A stretch of DNA of 40,219 nucleotides from an uncultured archaeon (GTDB lineage: Archaea > Altiarchaeota > Altiarchaeia > IMC4 > QMZM01): contig CAZJVE010000010.1 of NCBI GenBank assembly GCA_964549685.1, positions 1 through 40,219 on the forward strand, read 5' to 3'. This document shows positions 8,975 through 18,425 of this stretch, piece by piece. Position 1 is the first letter of the stretch. Each line of letters begins with the position of its first letter. The notes beneath the pieces were generated by a model. The model had not been told where the DNA came from and did not search any database. It was given only the letters and a program-made list of their open reading frames with translations. The translations under genes were made by a program, and so were the position numbers.

Positions 8975-8988
8975 TATAGATATCTATA
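8975..8988. promoter_or_regulatory. Perfect 14-bp palindrome TATAGATATCTATA in a divergent promoter
   Basis: Lies in the 49-bp gap between the CBS/mre11/radB operon and tgtA. Confidence 0.4.
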
Positions 8989-9011
8989 AGAACCGAGTTT
9001 AAAAAACCACG

Positions 9012-10700
9012 ATGGGGAAATTGAGTTTCGAGGTCCTGCACAAGGACATTGCAGCCAGGATTGGAAGGCTTGAGTTGAATGGTAAGAGGATAGAAACCCC
9101 CGCCCTGATGCCGGTCTACAACCCAAAGAAGCCGCTGATTTCGACGAAGGAGTTGCAGGGGGAGTTCAATTCAGATATCCTGATGACGAACTCATACATA
9201 ATTCTCAAAGATAAGGAGTTGAAGGGAAAGGTTCTGAAGAAGGGAATTCACAAGCATCTGGGATTCGATGGCCTGATAGCAACGGACTCCGGCTCCTATC
9301 AGCTGATGAGCTACGGCAATGTTCTGACAACGAATGAGAAGATTATAAAATTCCAGGAGGAGATTGGCTCGGACATTGGCTCCTTCCTTGACATCCCGTC
9401 CATGCCGGATGCGTATAAGCCCAGGGCGGAGGAGCAGTTAGGCACTACGCTGGAGAGGGCAAAAGAGGCAACCAGCGCCGGCTTTGTAGTAAACGCAGGG
9501 ATTCAGGGTTCAACCTATCCCGACCTGAGGAAGAGGGCGGCAAAGAGCATCGGAAAGGACTTCAAGCTCTGCGCAATAGGTGGCATAGTAAAGCTGATGG
9601 AGGACTACCGCTTTGCTGACCTTGTCGACATCATAGCTACTGTAAAGAAGAATTTACCAGCAAACAGAGTGGTCCATGCCTTCGGGCTGGGGCATCCCAT
9701 TTCATTTTCCCTGGCCGTTGCCATGGGGTGCGACCTCTTCGACTCCGCGGCCTATGCCCTCTATGCCCATGGCAACAGATACATGACAGAGAACGGGACG
9801 AAGAGGCTCGAGGAGCTTGAATATCTGCCCTGCTCCTGTCCGGTCTGCAATAAACACGGAATTGGGCTGAAGGAATTGCCCGAGGAAAAGAGAATCAAAG
9901 AGCTGGCAAGGCACAATCTCTATGTGACTAACGAGGAGCTTAGCAGGGTAAAGGAGGCGATAAGGGAGGGGTCGCTGTGGGAGCTGCTCAGCATAAGGAC
10001 CAGGGCGCATCCTGCTCTCCTTGACGGGCTGAGGAGGATGCTCAAGCACAAGAGGTGGCTTGCGAAATTCGACCCCATCAGGAAGAAATCGGCCTTTTAT
10101 TCCTTGGGCCCGGAGGCAAAGCACAGGACCGAAGTAGTTAATGTAAAGTCAAGGATAAAGAGAATTTCCTCAAATGATATGATTGAGATTCCACCCTTTG
10201 GAAAGATTCCAAGTGAAATTTCAGAATTATATCCCTTCCATTCCCCAGGTAATAAAATTCCGGATTTGGATAAAGTGAGGGGAATAATAGATTATCAGTT
10301 TGGAGAGGGTGCCGGTGAATTAATTCCCAGCAGAGTCAGGATAAAGAAGTCCCGCAAGACGAAGAGAATCAGGTGGATTTACGAGGGGAAGGAGCTGATT
10401 GCATCGGTCAGGGCCTCGGACCACTTCATAATCCCGAAGATGAAGCTGGCCGGGAAGATAAAAGACAGGTTCGAATTCCCCAGGAACAGAGTGGTGATTC
10501 ACGAGGACGCCATCCCCTTCGTCAGCGAGAAGAAGAGCGCCTTCGCGAAGTTCGTCACGAGAATAGACCCCGAGCTGAGGCCCGGGGACGAGGTTCTCGT
10601 TGTTGACAAGGACGACAACCTGATAAGGACCGGGACCCTTGTCCTCTCTCCAGCCGAGGTGAAGGACTTCGACAGGGGCCCGGCGGTGAGGGTAAGATGA
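9012..10700 (+). CDS. tgtA: Archaeosine tRNA-guanine(15) transglycosylase with C-terminal PUA domain
   Basis: ARIG, ETPALMPV, TNSYI, TDSGSYQ, HAFGLGHP, DLFDSAAY, Zn site CSCPVC..HNL, PUA motif FAKFV..LRPGDEV. Confidence 0.96.
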   Translation: MGKLSFEVLHKDIAARIGRLELNGKRIETPALMPVYNPKKPLISTKELQGEFNSDILMTNSYIILKDKELKGKVLKKGIHKHLGFDGLIATDSGSYQLMSYGNVLTTNEKIIKFQEEIGSDIGSFLDIPSMPDAYKPRAEEQLGTTLERAKEATSAGFVVNAGIQGSTYPDLRKRAAKSIGKDFKLCAIGGIVKLMEDYRFADLVDIIATVKKNLPANRVVHAFGLGHPISFSLAVAMGCDLFDSAAYALYAHGNRYMTENGTKRLEELEYLPCSCPVCNKHGIGLKELPEEKRIKELARHNLYVTNEELSRVKEAIREGSLWELLSIRTRAHPALLDGLRRMLKHKRWLAKFDPIRKKSAFYSLGPEAKHRTEVVNVKSRIKRISSNDMIEIPPFGKIPSEISELYPFHSPGNKIPDLDKVRGIIDYQFGEGAGELIPSRVRIKKSRKTKRIRWIYEGKELIASVRASDHFIIPKMKLAGKIKDRFEFPRNRVVIHEDAIPFVSEKKSAFAKFVTRIDPELRPGDEVLVVDKDDNLIRTGTLVLSPAEVKDFDRGPAVRVR

Positions 10701-10948
10701 AAAAGCTGTTGCCAACAGACAAGGGAATCCAGTGGTATCTTGAGCAGATGCAACACCACGTGGAAGAGATAGAAGAGCTTCTTGGCAAAGACGATGAGAT
10801 TTACAAAGGCACTGAGACCTGCAGGGAGCATGCGAGGATAGAATCCTATGACCTTATCGTTCTGATTGCTGAGGCATTTGAGATGCCTGAGATTCTCGAA
10901 TCCGTGCCGGATGAGATAATCGAGAGGTTTAACCGGAAGAGGGGATAA
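10697..10948 (+). CDS. Small acidic protein, possible MazG/HisE-like all-alpha NTP pyrophosphatase
   Basis: ATGA overlap with tgtA; EExxE...ExxD pattern (VEEIEEL...IESYDL). Confidence 0.5.
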   Translation: MKKLLPTDKGIQWYLEQMQHHVEEIEELLGKDDEIYKGTETCREHARIESYDLIVLIAEAFEMPEILESVPDEIIERFNRKRG

Positions 10949-10997
10949 GGCGTAGTGCCTAAGTTTTATACTCTCCTTCCCTAACAAATAATCCAGA

Positions 10998-11159
10998 ATG
11001 GTCTTTGTAAGAGAAAAAAAGGTTAAGGGAAAGACCTACTACTACTTGGTAAAATCTGTCAGAGAGCGCGGGAGAGTAAGGCAGAAAAACATCCAGTACC
11101 TGGGCTCCGAGAAGCCGTCTGAGGATGAGATTAGAAGGCTTAGAAAGAAAGAGGACTAA
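10998..11159 (+). CDS. 53-aa basic protein not in the ORF track, resembling the N-terminal beta-hairpin of IS1634-type transposases
   Basis: Hand translation MVFVREKKVKGKTYYYLVKSVRERGRVRQKNIQYLGSEKPSEDEIRRLRKKED*. TTTTATA box at 10964-10970. Confidence 0.7.
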   Translation: MVFVREKKVKGKTYYYLVKSVRERGRVRQKNIQYLGSEKPSEDEIRRLRKKED

Positions 11160-11539
11160 TCCCTGGCCTCCAGGACAATCCTCCTGCCCCTGAATTCTAC
11201 AAATGTCAGGTTGCCGCCCTGCTTAAGCTGCGGCATAACCTCCGGAAGGACATCAGCCTCAAAGACCTCGTAATCGTCCATCGCCATAGCCTGGATTCTT
11301 CCGTCGCTTGCGGGGGAGATATATTGGCCGAGTCTCCTCACTATCTCCAGGTCCTCAAGCCGCTCATGGCCGGACTTGGTTACTGTGTCCCTGGCTCCGT
11401 CCAGGAGACACTCCAGGTCAATCTTCGTTATGGTATGGCTGTGGCTGCCCATAACCTTGGCACTTATGTTCCTCACCCTGTAGGGCTTGTCCTTATGCAC
11501 TATGTAGTCGCCCTTCCTCAGCTTCTTGACTTCGATCAT
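11156..11539 (-). CDS. Divergent aIF5A (eIF5A/EF-P family) homologue lacking the hypusine lysine
   Basis: EV..L..G.YI....P.RV, then GSHSH where GKHG is expected, then Q..IS....IQ.M.MDDYEVFE. Length of 127 aa matches aIF5A. Confidence 0.8.
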   Translation of the reverse strand: MIEVKKLRKGDYIVHKDKPYRVRNISAKVMGSHSHTITKIDLECLLDGARDTVTKSGHERLEDLEIVRRLGQYISPASDGRIQAMAMDDYEVFEADVLPEVMPQLKQGGNLTFVEFRGRRIVLEARD

Positions 11540-11558
11540 AGGTTATAATATTATTTCC

Positions 11559-13247
11559 TTACTTTTTATCAGGACCGGTCATTTTTGGTGCAGCAGGCTT
11601 TGGCTTTTCTCCCTTGGATTTCTGCCTCCTGCGGAAGAGGTAATACCCTGCAACGACAACGGCCAGGCCTATACCTATAGTCATCAGATTGCTGCCCCCT
11701 ATGCCCTGGGAAACCTCGAGCGTCATAGTCTTGCTGTAGATCAGGACATCATCATCCTTCGTGCAGCGAATCTCTATTGGAACTATATGTGGCTGTGCTG
11801 CTGCATTGTCTTCGACCCTGTATGCTATGGATGCAATTCCAGTTTCCCCTCCACCAATATCTCCAAGATATGCCGACTTGTCATCAAACTCGAAGGGCTG
11901 GTCCCTCTTCTCCAGCACAATCAGGGTTACCCCCTCACACTTGCTGCCGACATTGCTGACGGTTATCTGGGCAAGACCCTTCTGGGATGGCTGTGTTGAT
12001 GAGGCATCTACAGAAATCTCGAAGCGCGGGTGCTTCAATATGTCCAGAGTGTATGTTATTTCGTCATGGGCGGGCTGGCTGTTCACCTCATAGTCGAGGG
12101 CAAAGGTGATGTTGGTCTGCTGTGGTTCTATGTCTTCCTCAACATCGGCATAGAAGGTAAAACTCATTGAGCCACTGCCCTTGATTGTCCCTACCTCCTT
12201 GGTCTGTATGTAGCTGCGGGCATTCTTTAACGGATAGGTCGGCTGGAAAGTGACCTTCACATTCTTTATTTGCTCAGTGCCCTGGTTCTCTACATTGCCT
12301 GTAAATTCCACGTCTTCATCATCGCTGTGGATTTCTGCAGGGTCTGTTTCAAAGCCAGTTATGGTAAGCTTGCGGTCACCAACAACCTTAAACCCGATGT
12401 AGAATACGTCAGTATGCTCAGTGCCGCTGTTGTCTTTGTATTCAGTGGTTAGAGGTATAGTATAGGCTTTAGATTCAACATCTTCATCAACATGGAATAC
12501 CCCTTCAACAACGCCAGTGCCACCGGCAGGAATATCTCCTATTCTCTTCTTGGTTATGCCGATTACACTGAAAACAGAATAGAGTTCTGCATTAATGGCT
12601 GTGTTTTCCACTGACCCATCAAGCGGCATGCCAAGATACGCGCTTATATCCAGAGCGTCGCTTTCCCCTGTGTTTTCAAAGGTCAGTCTGACCGTGACGT
12701 CATCTCCAGCATTCAACTCATCCCTGTCCGAAAAATAATCGACGAGTTCAAGCAGGCTCCCGCTGGTTACCTCCACAGGAATAATCCAGTTGCTTGTCTC
12801 CTCCTCTATTTTCAGGTCGCCGCTGCTGTCGTAGCGGCTCTCGTCATAGGTCAGGTACAATGTGAGGTAGTGAGTCCCTACCCTCGCATCGTCATAAACC
12901 TTGATGTAGGTCGCTATGCGGGCGCTTGCTCCGGGATTTATCGCCCCAAGGAACCATCTGCCTCCCGAGTTTATACCACCTCCACTGGGAACCTTCGTCG
13001 ATATATCGTCCGTGGTGGGTATATTGGCGCTTACTTCTCTGGCCGGCAAACCACCAGTGTTGGTTATCACAATGTACAGGGGCTCTATGTCGCCGGGCTC
13101 CAGGCCGGATGGCACTATGGTCTCGTCGTAGTCTATAACCAGCGCAGTCGGCGTCTCCGTCTGCGCAGCGTTAAACGTTGCAGCAATGAGAATAGTAAAA
13201 AGCACCATCCCCAAAATCCTTGTTCTTCCGTATGTTTTGTTTTTCAT
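11559..13247 (-). CDS. COG1361 S-layer-like, Ig-fold repeat membrane-anchored protein
   Basis: Signal peptide, repeated 'l.pGd...l.l.N.G...A' Ig units, C-terminal TM and basic tail. Co-oriented with the RND pair. Confidence 0.8.
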   Translation of the reverse strand: MKNKTYGRTRILGMVLFTILIAATFNAAQTETPTALVIDYDETIVPSGLEPGDIEPLYIVITNTGGLPAREVSANIPTTDDISTKVPSGGGINSGGRWFLGAINPGASARIATYIKVYDDARVGTHYLTLYLTYDESRYDSSGDLKIEEETSNWIIPVEVTSGSLLELVDYFSDRDELNAGDDVTVRLTFENTGESDALDISAYLGMPLDGSVENTAINAELYSVFSVIGITKKRIGDIPAGGTGVVEGVFHVDEDVESKAYTIPLTTEYKDNSGTEHTDVFYIGFKVVGDRKLTITGFETDPAEIHSDDEDVEFTGNVENQGTEQIKNVKVTFQPTYPLKNARSYIQTKEVGTIKGSGSMSFTFYADVEEDIEPQQTNITFALDYEVNSQPAHDEITYTLDILKHPRFEISVDASSTQPSQKGLAQITVSNVGSKCEGVTLIVLEKRDQPFEFDDKSAYLGDIGGGETGIASIAYRVEDNAAAQPHIVPIEIRCTKDDDVLIYSKTMTLEVSQGIGGSNLMTIGIGLAVVVAGYYLFRRRQKSKGEKPKPAAPKMTGPDKK

Positions 13248-14410
13248 TTTTTCAATACCTCCTTCAACCTTATTTTTTGCGTATGCGGTTGTATGTATCG
13301 TATATAGATTATCATCAGTGAGGGAACGACAGTAACGGCAGCCAAAAAGGAGCCGAATACGCCCAGGCTCATAATTCTCGCCATATCAGCCAGAGGAGTA
13401 AGCTCCCCCATGCTCATGGCCTGGAATCCTACAAGCGCTGTGATGGTGGTGGTCGACATCGGAAACACAACGTTTGCAAGGGTTTCAGCAAGAGCCTCGT
13501 CAGGCCTGCCGAGACGCCTGAATTCCTGGCGAAAGCGGGTTATCGTCTGTATGCCGAAATCGATGCCGATGCCCATAATCATAGAGGACACTCCTGAAGT
13601 GTTCATAGTAAGGTCCTGGCCCAACGCGGCCCACATGCCCATGCTCCAGGTTGTTCCAAAGACGATGGTGAATATCGGCAGGATGCCATAGGCAAGGCTG
13701 CCCATAACAACCAGAACAACAGCAAGAATGCCAAAGAAACTGAATTGCATGACTCGGGCCATGTCTGGTTCTATCAACTGGTTTAATTCAACATTTTCTG
13801 GAATCGTTCCAATCATGAAGGGCGTTGCACCCGGCGGTCGTTCTGTCTGGACCAGTATGACATCAAGCTTGTCGTACAGTATATCATCATCCACGTCGGG
13901 CAGAATCTCGGCCTTTATGAGTAGCAGGGCGTGGTCATCACTCAGGTACAGGTCAAGGGTGGGATTTTGATTCCAGAGGTCCTGGCTACGCTTGACAGAT
14001 TTGGGCAACGTGCCTCCATTGCCCTCGCGCAATAGACTGGCAGCACTGGTAACGGAAACTACCTCGTCCAGAGTCTCCAGCTTCTCGTGGAGAGTCCATG
14101 CATAGGCTATCATCCTCGGGTCAAGGTTATCTCGTATTTCGTTGGACTTTGCCACGCGGGGGTCAACCTCAATAGCAACTGTAATTGTGTTCAACCCCCC
14201 GAATTCGTCCCAGATTTTCTCTATAGATACGACGACCGGCCGGTTTGCCGGGAGGAAGTCCTTGTCTCCCTGAGGCACTATCTCAAGGGTGCTTTGCAGC
14301 TGTGCCGCGACAACGGTTATGAGAAGCGCTATGGCCAGCATTATGAATGGATGGGCCGCGATGAAATGGCCATACCTGCGCATTGCGTGCTTGAACTGCT
14401 CCCTATTCAT
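13244..14410 (-). CDS. RND/MMPL (HAE3-type) transporter, half-size subunit 2
   Basis: 1 TM, extracellular loop, 5 TM; GIGIDFGIQ..RF..E motif. Confidence 0.88.
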   Translation of the reverse strand: MNREQFKHAMRRYGHFIAAHPFIMLAIALLITVVAAQLQSTLEIVPQGDKDFLPANRPVVVSIEKIWDEFGGLNTITVAIEVDPRVAKSNEIRDNLDPRMIAYAWTLHEKLETLDEVVSVTSAASLLREGNGGTLPKSVKRSQDLWNQNPTLDLYLSDDHALLLIKAEILPDVDDDILYDKLDVILVQTERPPGATPFMIGTIPENVELNQLIEPDMARVMQFSFFGILAVVLVVMGSLAYGILPIFTIVFGTTWSMGMWAALGQDLTMNTSGVSSMIMGIGIDFGIQTITRFRQEFRRLGRPDEALAETLANVVFPMSTTTITALVGFQAMSMGELTPLADMARIMSLGVFGSFLAAVTVVPSLMIIYIRYIQPHTQKIRLKEVLKK

Positions 14411-15555
14411 TTTGTTTCTTTATCACCACGATGAGTTAGTCTCCCGGCTAGAATGATGAATGCCGGGTTGACAAATAATGCGACTACCAGGCAGCTTGCG
14501 ATGCCCAGGGCCAGGGTCGTTCCAAGGTCCTGCATCATGGGCATGATGCCCAACCTGAGAGAGCCAAAACCGACCATGGTAGTTATACCAGAGCCAAGGA
14601 TGGCAGTGCCCACACCAGGGACAGCCACGGTGATGGAATCCAGCTTGCTTTTGCCCTTCTGCTCGCGTTCCTCCATGTAGCGCTCAACAACGAAGACGCC
14701 GTACTCCACCCCTAAACCAAGAATCATTGCCCCGACCGCCACGGTAGCCACCGACAGCGGGATGTCAAGATGCCCCATGGAACCGAGAGTCCAGGTCAGC
14801 CCCAGTGACAGTGGAATGAAGACCAGAACGCCTTTGTAGATGCTCCTCTGCAGTATAACCAGGAGGATTAAGATGATAGCAGCCGCCAAGAGCGTAGTAT
14901 AGACCGCATCACTCCACAATACCTCAGCTATTGTATTCTCAAGAGGTGGACCCCCAGTGATGGTAAGCTCAACACCAGGCGGTTTGGCTACGCTGTCGAT
15001 GTTGTCCTGGACGAGGTTGGTGAAGGACTTGACCGCCTTCTCGCCGCCGCCGACATTGGAGTAGATATAGAGAACGGTGATGGAGTAGTCCTTGTTGAAC
15101 ATGCCGTCCGAACCCGGGATTGCAGCCAGTGCCGTTTTAACGCCCGACAGAGACTGAGGAATCCCATAGGGAAAGAAACTACCCGCACTCAGAACCCTAT
15201 CAATCTTTGGTTCGGCCTGCAGCTGCTCCTGCAGCTCCACGAGCATCTGCATTACCCTGGGGTCGCGGATGTCGGTGGGCCTGTTTGCTATGTCGACTCC
15301 ATAGTCAAGTTCCACCACCACAAGAACCAGGTCAGAGCCGCCAAAGCGGCTGTCTACCTTATCCCCGTTTATGAAGACCGGTACGTCCGGGGGCATCATC
15401 TTGTCAAAGTTGGTCTCCATGTAGACGTTGCCCAGCCCCTGCACCATGAACACAGTAATGAGAAGTGACGCTAGCACTATGTGAACGTGGTACCTGTACT
15501 GTATTTGCGCCATCCGTTCCAGGATTTTTTCAAGCGACATTTTGAAATGCTTCAC
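14407..15555 (-). CDS. RND/MMPL (HAE3-type) transporter, half-size subunit 1
   Basis: FGGSD, DIRDP, GLGVEYG...ERY.EER and TTMVGFGSL motifs. Confidence 0.88.
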   Translation of the reverse strand: MKHFKMSLEKILERMAQIQYRYHVHIVLASLLITVFMVQGLGNVYMETNFDKMMPPDVPVFINGDKVDSRFGGSDLVLVVVELDYGVDIANRPTDIRDPRVMQMLVELQEQLQAEPKIDRVLSAGSFFPYGIPQSLSGVKTALAAIPGSDGMFNKDYSITVLYIYSNVGGGEKAVKSFTNLVQDNIDSVAKPPGVELTITGGPPLENTIAEVLWSDAVYTTLLAAAIILILLVILQRSIYKGVLVFIPLSLGLTWTLGSMGHLDIPLSVATVAVGAMILGLGVEYGVFVVERYMEEREQKGKSKLDSITVAVPGVGTAILGSGITTMVGFGSLRLGIMPMMQDLGTTLALGIASCLVVALFVNPAFIILAGRLTHRGDKETK

Positions 15556-15609
15556 AATATTTATATTCTAACAAAAAAAGTCAAACGATGCTGAAGAATA
15601 TCGGTTAAG

Positions 15610-16392
15610 TCAGTCGGCAGAGCCTATCTCATAGACGTTGCATTTATTCTTCTCTGCTATTTCCCGGATTCTTTCATAATCCCCGGGTGAAACAGCAACC
15701 AGAAAATTGTCCAGATTTCTTGTGGTCGATACTGGAATGCTATCATCAAGAGTGAATTTCAACCCGGATTTCTTTTCCATCTCATGGGCCGCTGAGACGA
15801 TGCCTCCCTTCGTCACGTCCTTGGCGGCATGGATCTCAACATTCTTGATAATATCAAACCACGTCTTGAACATGACCTTCGCCTTCTCAATCCTCTCCTC
15901 TTGTTCGCCCCAGAGCGGCTCGCCTATCAACAGGAGGATGTCTCCCTTCTTCGCGGTTGAGTCCCTGATTGGCTCATCGGTCAGCAGCTCTCCCACTATA
16001 GTCAGAGAGCACCTCGGCTCAGTCTCCTCAAAAAATGTGTTTCCTCCAAGAATTGGAATTTTCATCGCGAGGGCCTGCCTCTTCAGGCTCTGTATCATTT
16101 CCCTTATATCGGCTTCCGTCCCGATGACTGTATCCAGAGCGAACAGCGGCTTTGCACCCTTCACAACCACATCCGTTGAGGCGTGAATCAATGCAGACTT
16201 CATAACCATCCTCTTCACATATGCTCCGTCAACCGAGACAATTAGCTTCTTCCCTCCAAACTCAACTGCAACTGAATCGTCCCAGTCCCTGATGCCCATT
16301 AATGGCTTTGCCATGGAATCCATCTCCAGCAGCTCGTCCCTCAGCCAGAGAATCGATTCGACGTGCTTTTTGATAAGTTCCTTGTTATTCAT
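15610..16392 (-). CDS. AIR synthase-related (PurM/ThiL/SelD/HypE fold) protein
   Basis: DWDDS, VSVDG, TDV.VKGAKP, ILGGNT, AAKDVTKGG. Confidence 0.8.
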   Translation of the reverse strand: MNNKELIKKHVESILWLRDELLEMDSMAKPLMGIRDWDDSVAVEFGGKKLIVSVDGAYVKRMVMKSALIHASTDVVVKGAKPLFALDTVIGTEADIREMIQSLKRQALAMKIPILGGNTFFEETEPRCSLTIVGELLTDEPIRDSTAKKGDILLLIGEPLWGEQEERIEKAKVMFKTWFDIIKNVEIHAAKDVTKGGIVSAAHEMEKKSGLKFTLDDSIPVSTTRNLDNFLVAVSPGDYERIREIAEKNKCNVYEIGSAD

Positions 16393-17155
16393 CTCGCCCC
16401 TCCACGTCCAGGCAGACGTGCGAAAAACCCAGACCCTTGAATTCCTTTATTATTTTCTCTCGATTATTCAGAATAATTTTGAGTCTATCCCTCTTTACCT
16501 CAATCCTTGCAATACCGTCGTGGTCCCTCACCCGCAAGTCTCTGATTCCCATCTTCTGCAGGAATTCCTCGGCCTTTTCTATTCTCATCAGCCCCTCTTT
16601 CGTTATCGTCTCTCCAGTGGGAATTCTCGTTGCCAGGCAAGTCATCTCCGGTCTGTCGAAATTCCTCAACCCGAGCTTCCTTGAAAGCCCCCTTACATCC
16701 TGCTTGCTGATTCCTGCCATCGCCAGCGGGCTCAGAACCCCTAATTCCCTCAGCGCCTTCAGCCCGGGCCTCCTGCCCCTGGCATCATCGGCATTCGTTC
16801 CGTCCATTAGAACTGCGCCTTCTTTTTCCGCAAGCCCCATGAGAATTCCCATTATCTTCCTTTTACAGTAGTAGCATCTATTTTGAGGATTCCCTGTAAA
16901 GTCTTTGTTCTTCAGCATCCGGTATTTTATCACTCTATGGGGGATTCCGATAGCCTTCGCCATTGCCCTGGCCTCCTTCAGCTCCCTCCTTGGAACCATC
17001 TCGCAGTCTATTGTGACTGCCATGGCATCCCTGCCGAGGGCTTCCTTTGCCACCCCGGCCAAGAGCGAACTGTCGACTCCTCCCGAGAAAGCGACCAAAC
17101 ATCGTTTATTGTCTTCTAAAATCCCCTGAAGTTTTTTATGTTTTCTATCCAGCAT
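16385..17155 (-). CDS. larE: ATP-dependent sulfur transferase LarE (TIGR00268 family)
   Basis: PP-loop AFSGGVDSS, N..NRCYYCK, DGTNADD..RPG..A, CLATRIP, RVRDH..IARIE. Confidence 0.9.
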   Translation of the reverse strand: MLDRKHKKLQGILEDNKRCLVAFSGGVDSSLLAGVAKEALGRDAMAVTIDCEMVPRRELKEARAMAKAIGIPHRVIKYRMLKNKDFTGNPQNRCYYCKRKIMGILMGLAEKEGAVLMDGTNADDARGRRPGLKALRELGVLSPLAMAGISKQDVRGLSRKLGLRNFDRPEMTCLATRIPTGETITKEGLMRIEKAEEFLQKMGIRDLRVRDHDGIARIEVKRDRLKIILNNREKIIKEFKGLGFSHVCLDVEGRDE

Positions 17156-17171
17156 CTTAATTTATAAGGAA

Positions 17172-18425
17172 ATGAGCGCAGAAAACAAGACCTCCAGGAT
17201 TAGCGGCTTCTACAAGCTTGGTATCAAGGGAAGGATGAAAAAGGTCAGGAAGTTTGCCGAGCTTGGCGACGAGGAAGTGAAGATTCTCCAGGAGAAGGGA
17301 ATCTCGCTGAAGGAGGCTGAGAGGATGATTGAAAATGTCATAGGAAAGGTTCAGATTCCCCTCGGAATAGCAACGAATTTTCTGATAAATGATAAGGATT
17401 ATCTGATTCCCATGGCCACCGAAGAGCCTTCGGTGGTTGCTGCGGCAAGCAACGCCGCGAAGATGGTTAGAGAGAGCGGCGGTTTTAAGGCAAGCAGCGA
17501 CGAGCCGATAATGATTGGGCAGATTCAGCTAACAGCAAAAAAGCCCGAAGAGGCAAAAGAGAAAATCCTTGTCAATAAGGAGAAGATTCTCTCGCTGGCC
17601 AACGAGCAGGACTTCGTCCTCGTCGACCTCGGGGGCGGTGCAAAGGACCTTGAGGTAAGGATTCTGGATAATGGAATGCTTATCATCCATCTCCTCGTCG
17701 ATGTAAGAGACGCCATGGGCGCCAATGTCGTCAATACGATGTGCGAGCACGTCTCCCCTCTCATTGAAGAGGTAACCCATGGCAAGGTGCATTTGAGGAT
17801 TCTCTCTAACCTGGCTACAAAGAGAATGGCAAGGGCCGAGGTCTCAATAGCCGCAGATGCTCTTGGAGGCCCGGAGACGGTGGATTCAATAATTCTCGCC
17901 TATGAATTCGCAAACTCCGACCCTTACAGGGCCGTCACCCACAACAAGGGAGTAATGAACGGAATCTCCGCAGTTGCTCTTGCGACAGGGAATGATACAA
18001 GGGCGGTAGAGGCGGGGATTCACGCCTACGCCTCCCTGGAGGGAGAATACAGGCCGGTAAGTCACTGGAGCAAGGACAATAAAGGAAACCTGACCGGAAG
18101 GATTGAAATCCCACTCGCTGTCGGGACCTTTGGGGGAGCCACGATGAATCCCATTGCAAAGGCAAACCTGAAAATCCTAGGGGTAAAGACCGCACAGGAG
18201 TTAGCCGAAGTAATGGCCTCCGTCGGCCTGGCACAAAATCTGGCTGCCATAAGGGCCCTCTCCACCGAAGGAATCCAGAAAGGCCATATGTCCCTGCACG
18301 CGATGAACATTGCAGCGATGGCAGGGGCAGAGGGAGAGCAAATCAACAAAATCGCGGAAATTTTAATCAATGAAAACAATATAAAGGTCAGCAGAGCAAA
18401 AGAGCTCCTGGAGGAAAAGAAATGA
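17172..18425 (+). CDS. mvaA: HMG-CoA reductase, class II (bacterial type)
   Basis: [53 protein letters not shown]. Confidence 0.95.
   Translation: MSAENKTSRISGFYKLGIKGRMKKVRKFAELGDEEVKILQEKGISLKEAERMIENVIGKVQIPLGIATNFLINDKDYLIPMATEEPSVVAAASNAAKMVRESGGFKASSDEPIMIGQIQLTAKKPEEAKEKILVNKEKILSLANEQDFVLVDLGGGAKDLEVRILDNGMLIIHLLVDVRDAMGANVVNTMCEHVSPLIEEVTHGKVHLRILSNLATKRMARAEVSIAADALGGPETVDSIILAYEFANSDPYRAVTHNKGVMNGISAVALATGNDTRAVEAGIHAYASLEGEYRPVSHWSKDNKGNLTGRIEIPLAVGTFGGATMNPIAKANLKILGVKTAQELAEVMASVGLAQNLAAIRALSTEGIQKGHMSLHAMNIAAMAGAEGEQINKIAEILINENNIKVSRAKELLEEKK

Noticed and set aside
10949-11160. IS1634 element
   Set aside because: Only the short N-terminal-like peptide is present; there is no DDE domain or terminal repeats.
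692-17155. Functional link between the TIGR00300 enzyme and LarE (nickel-pincer cofactor)
   Set aside because: They are about 14 kb apart with unrelated genes between them; nothing in the sequence supports linkage.
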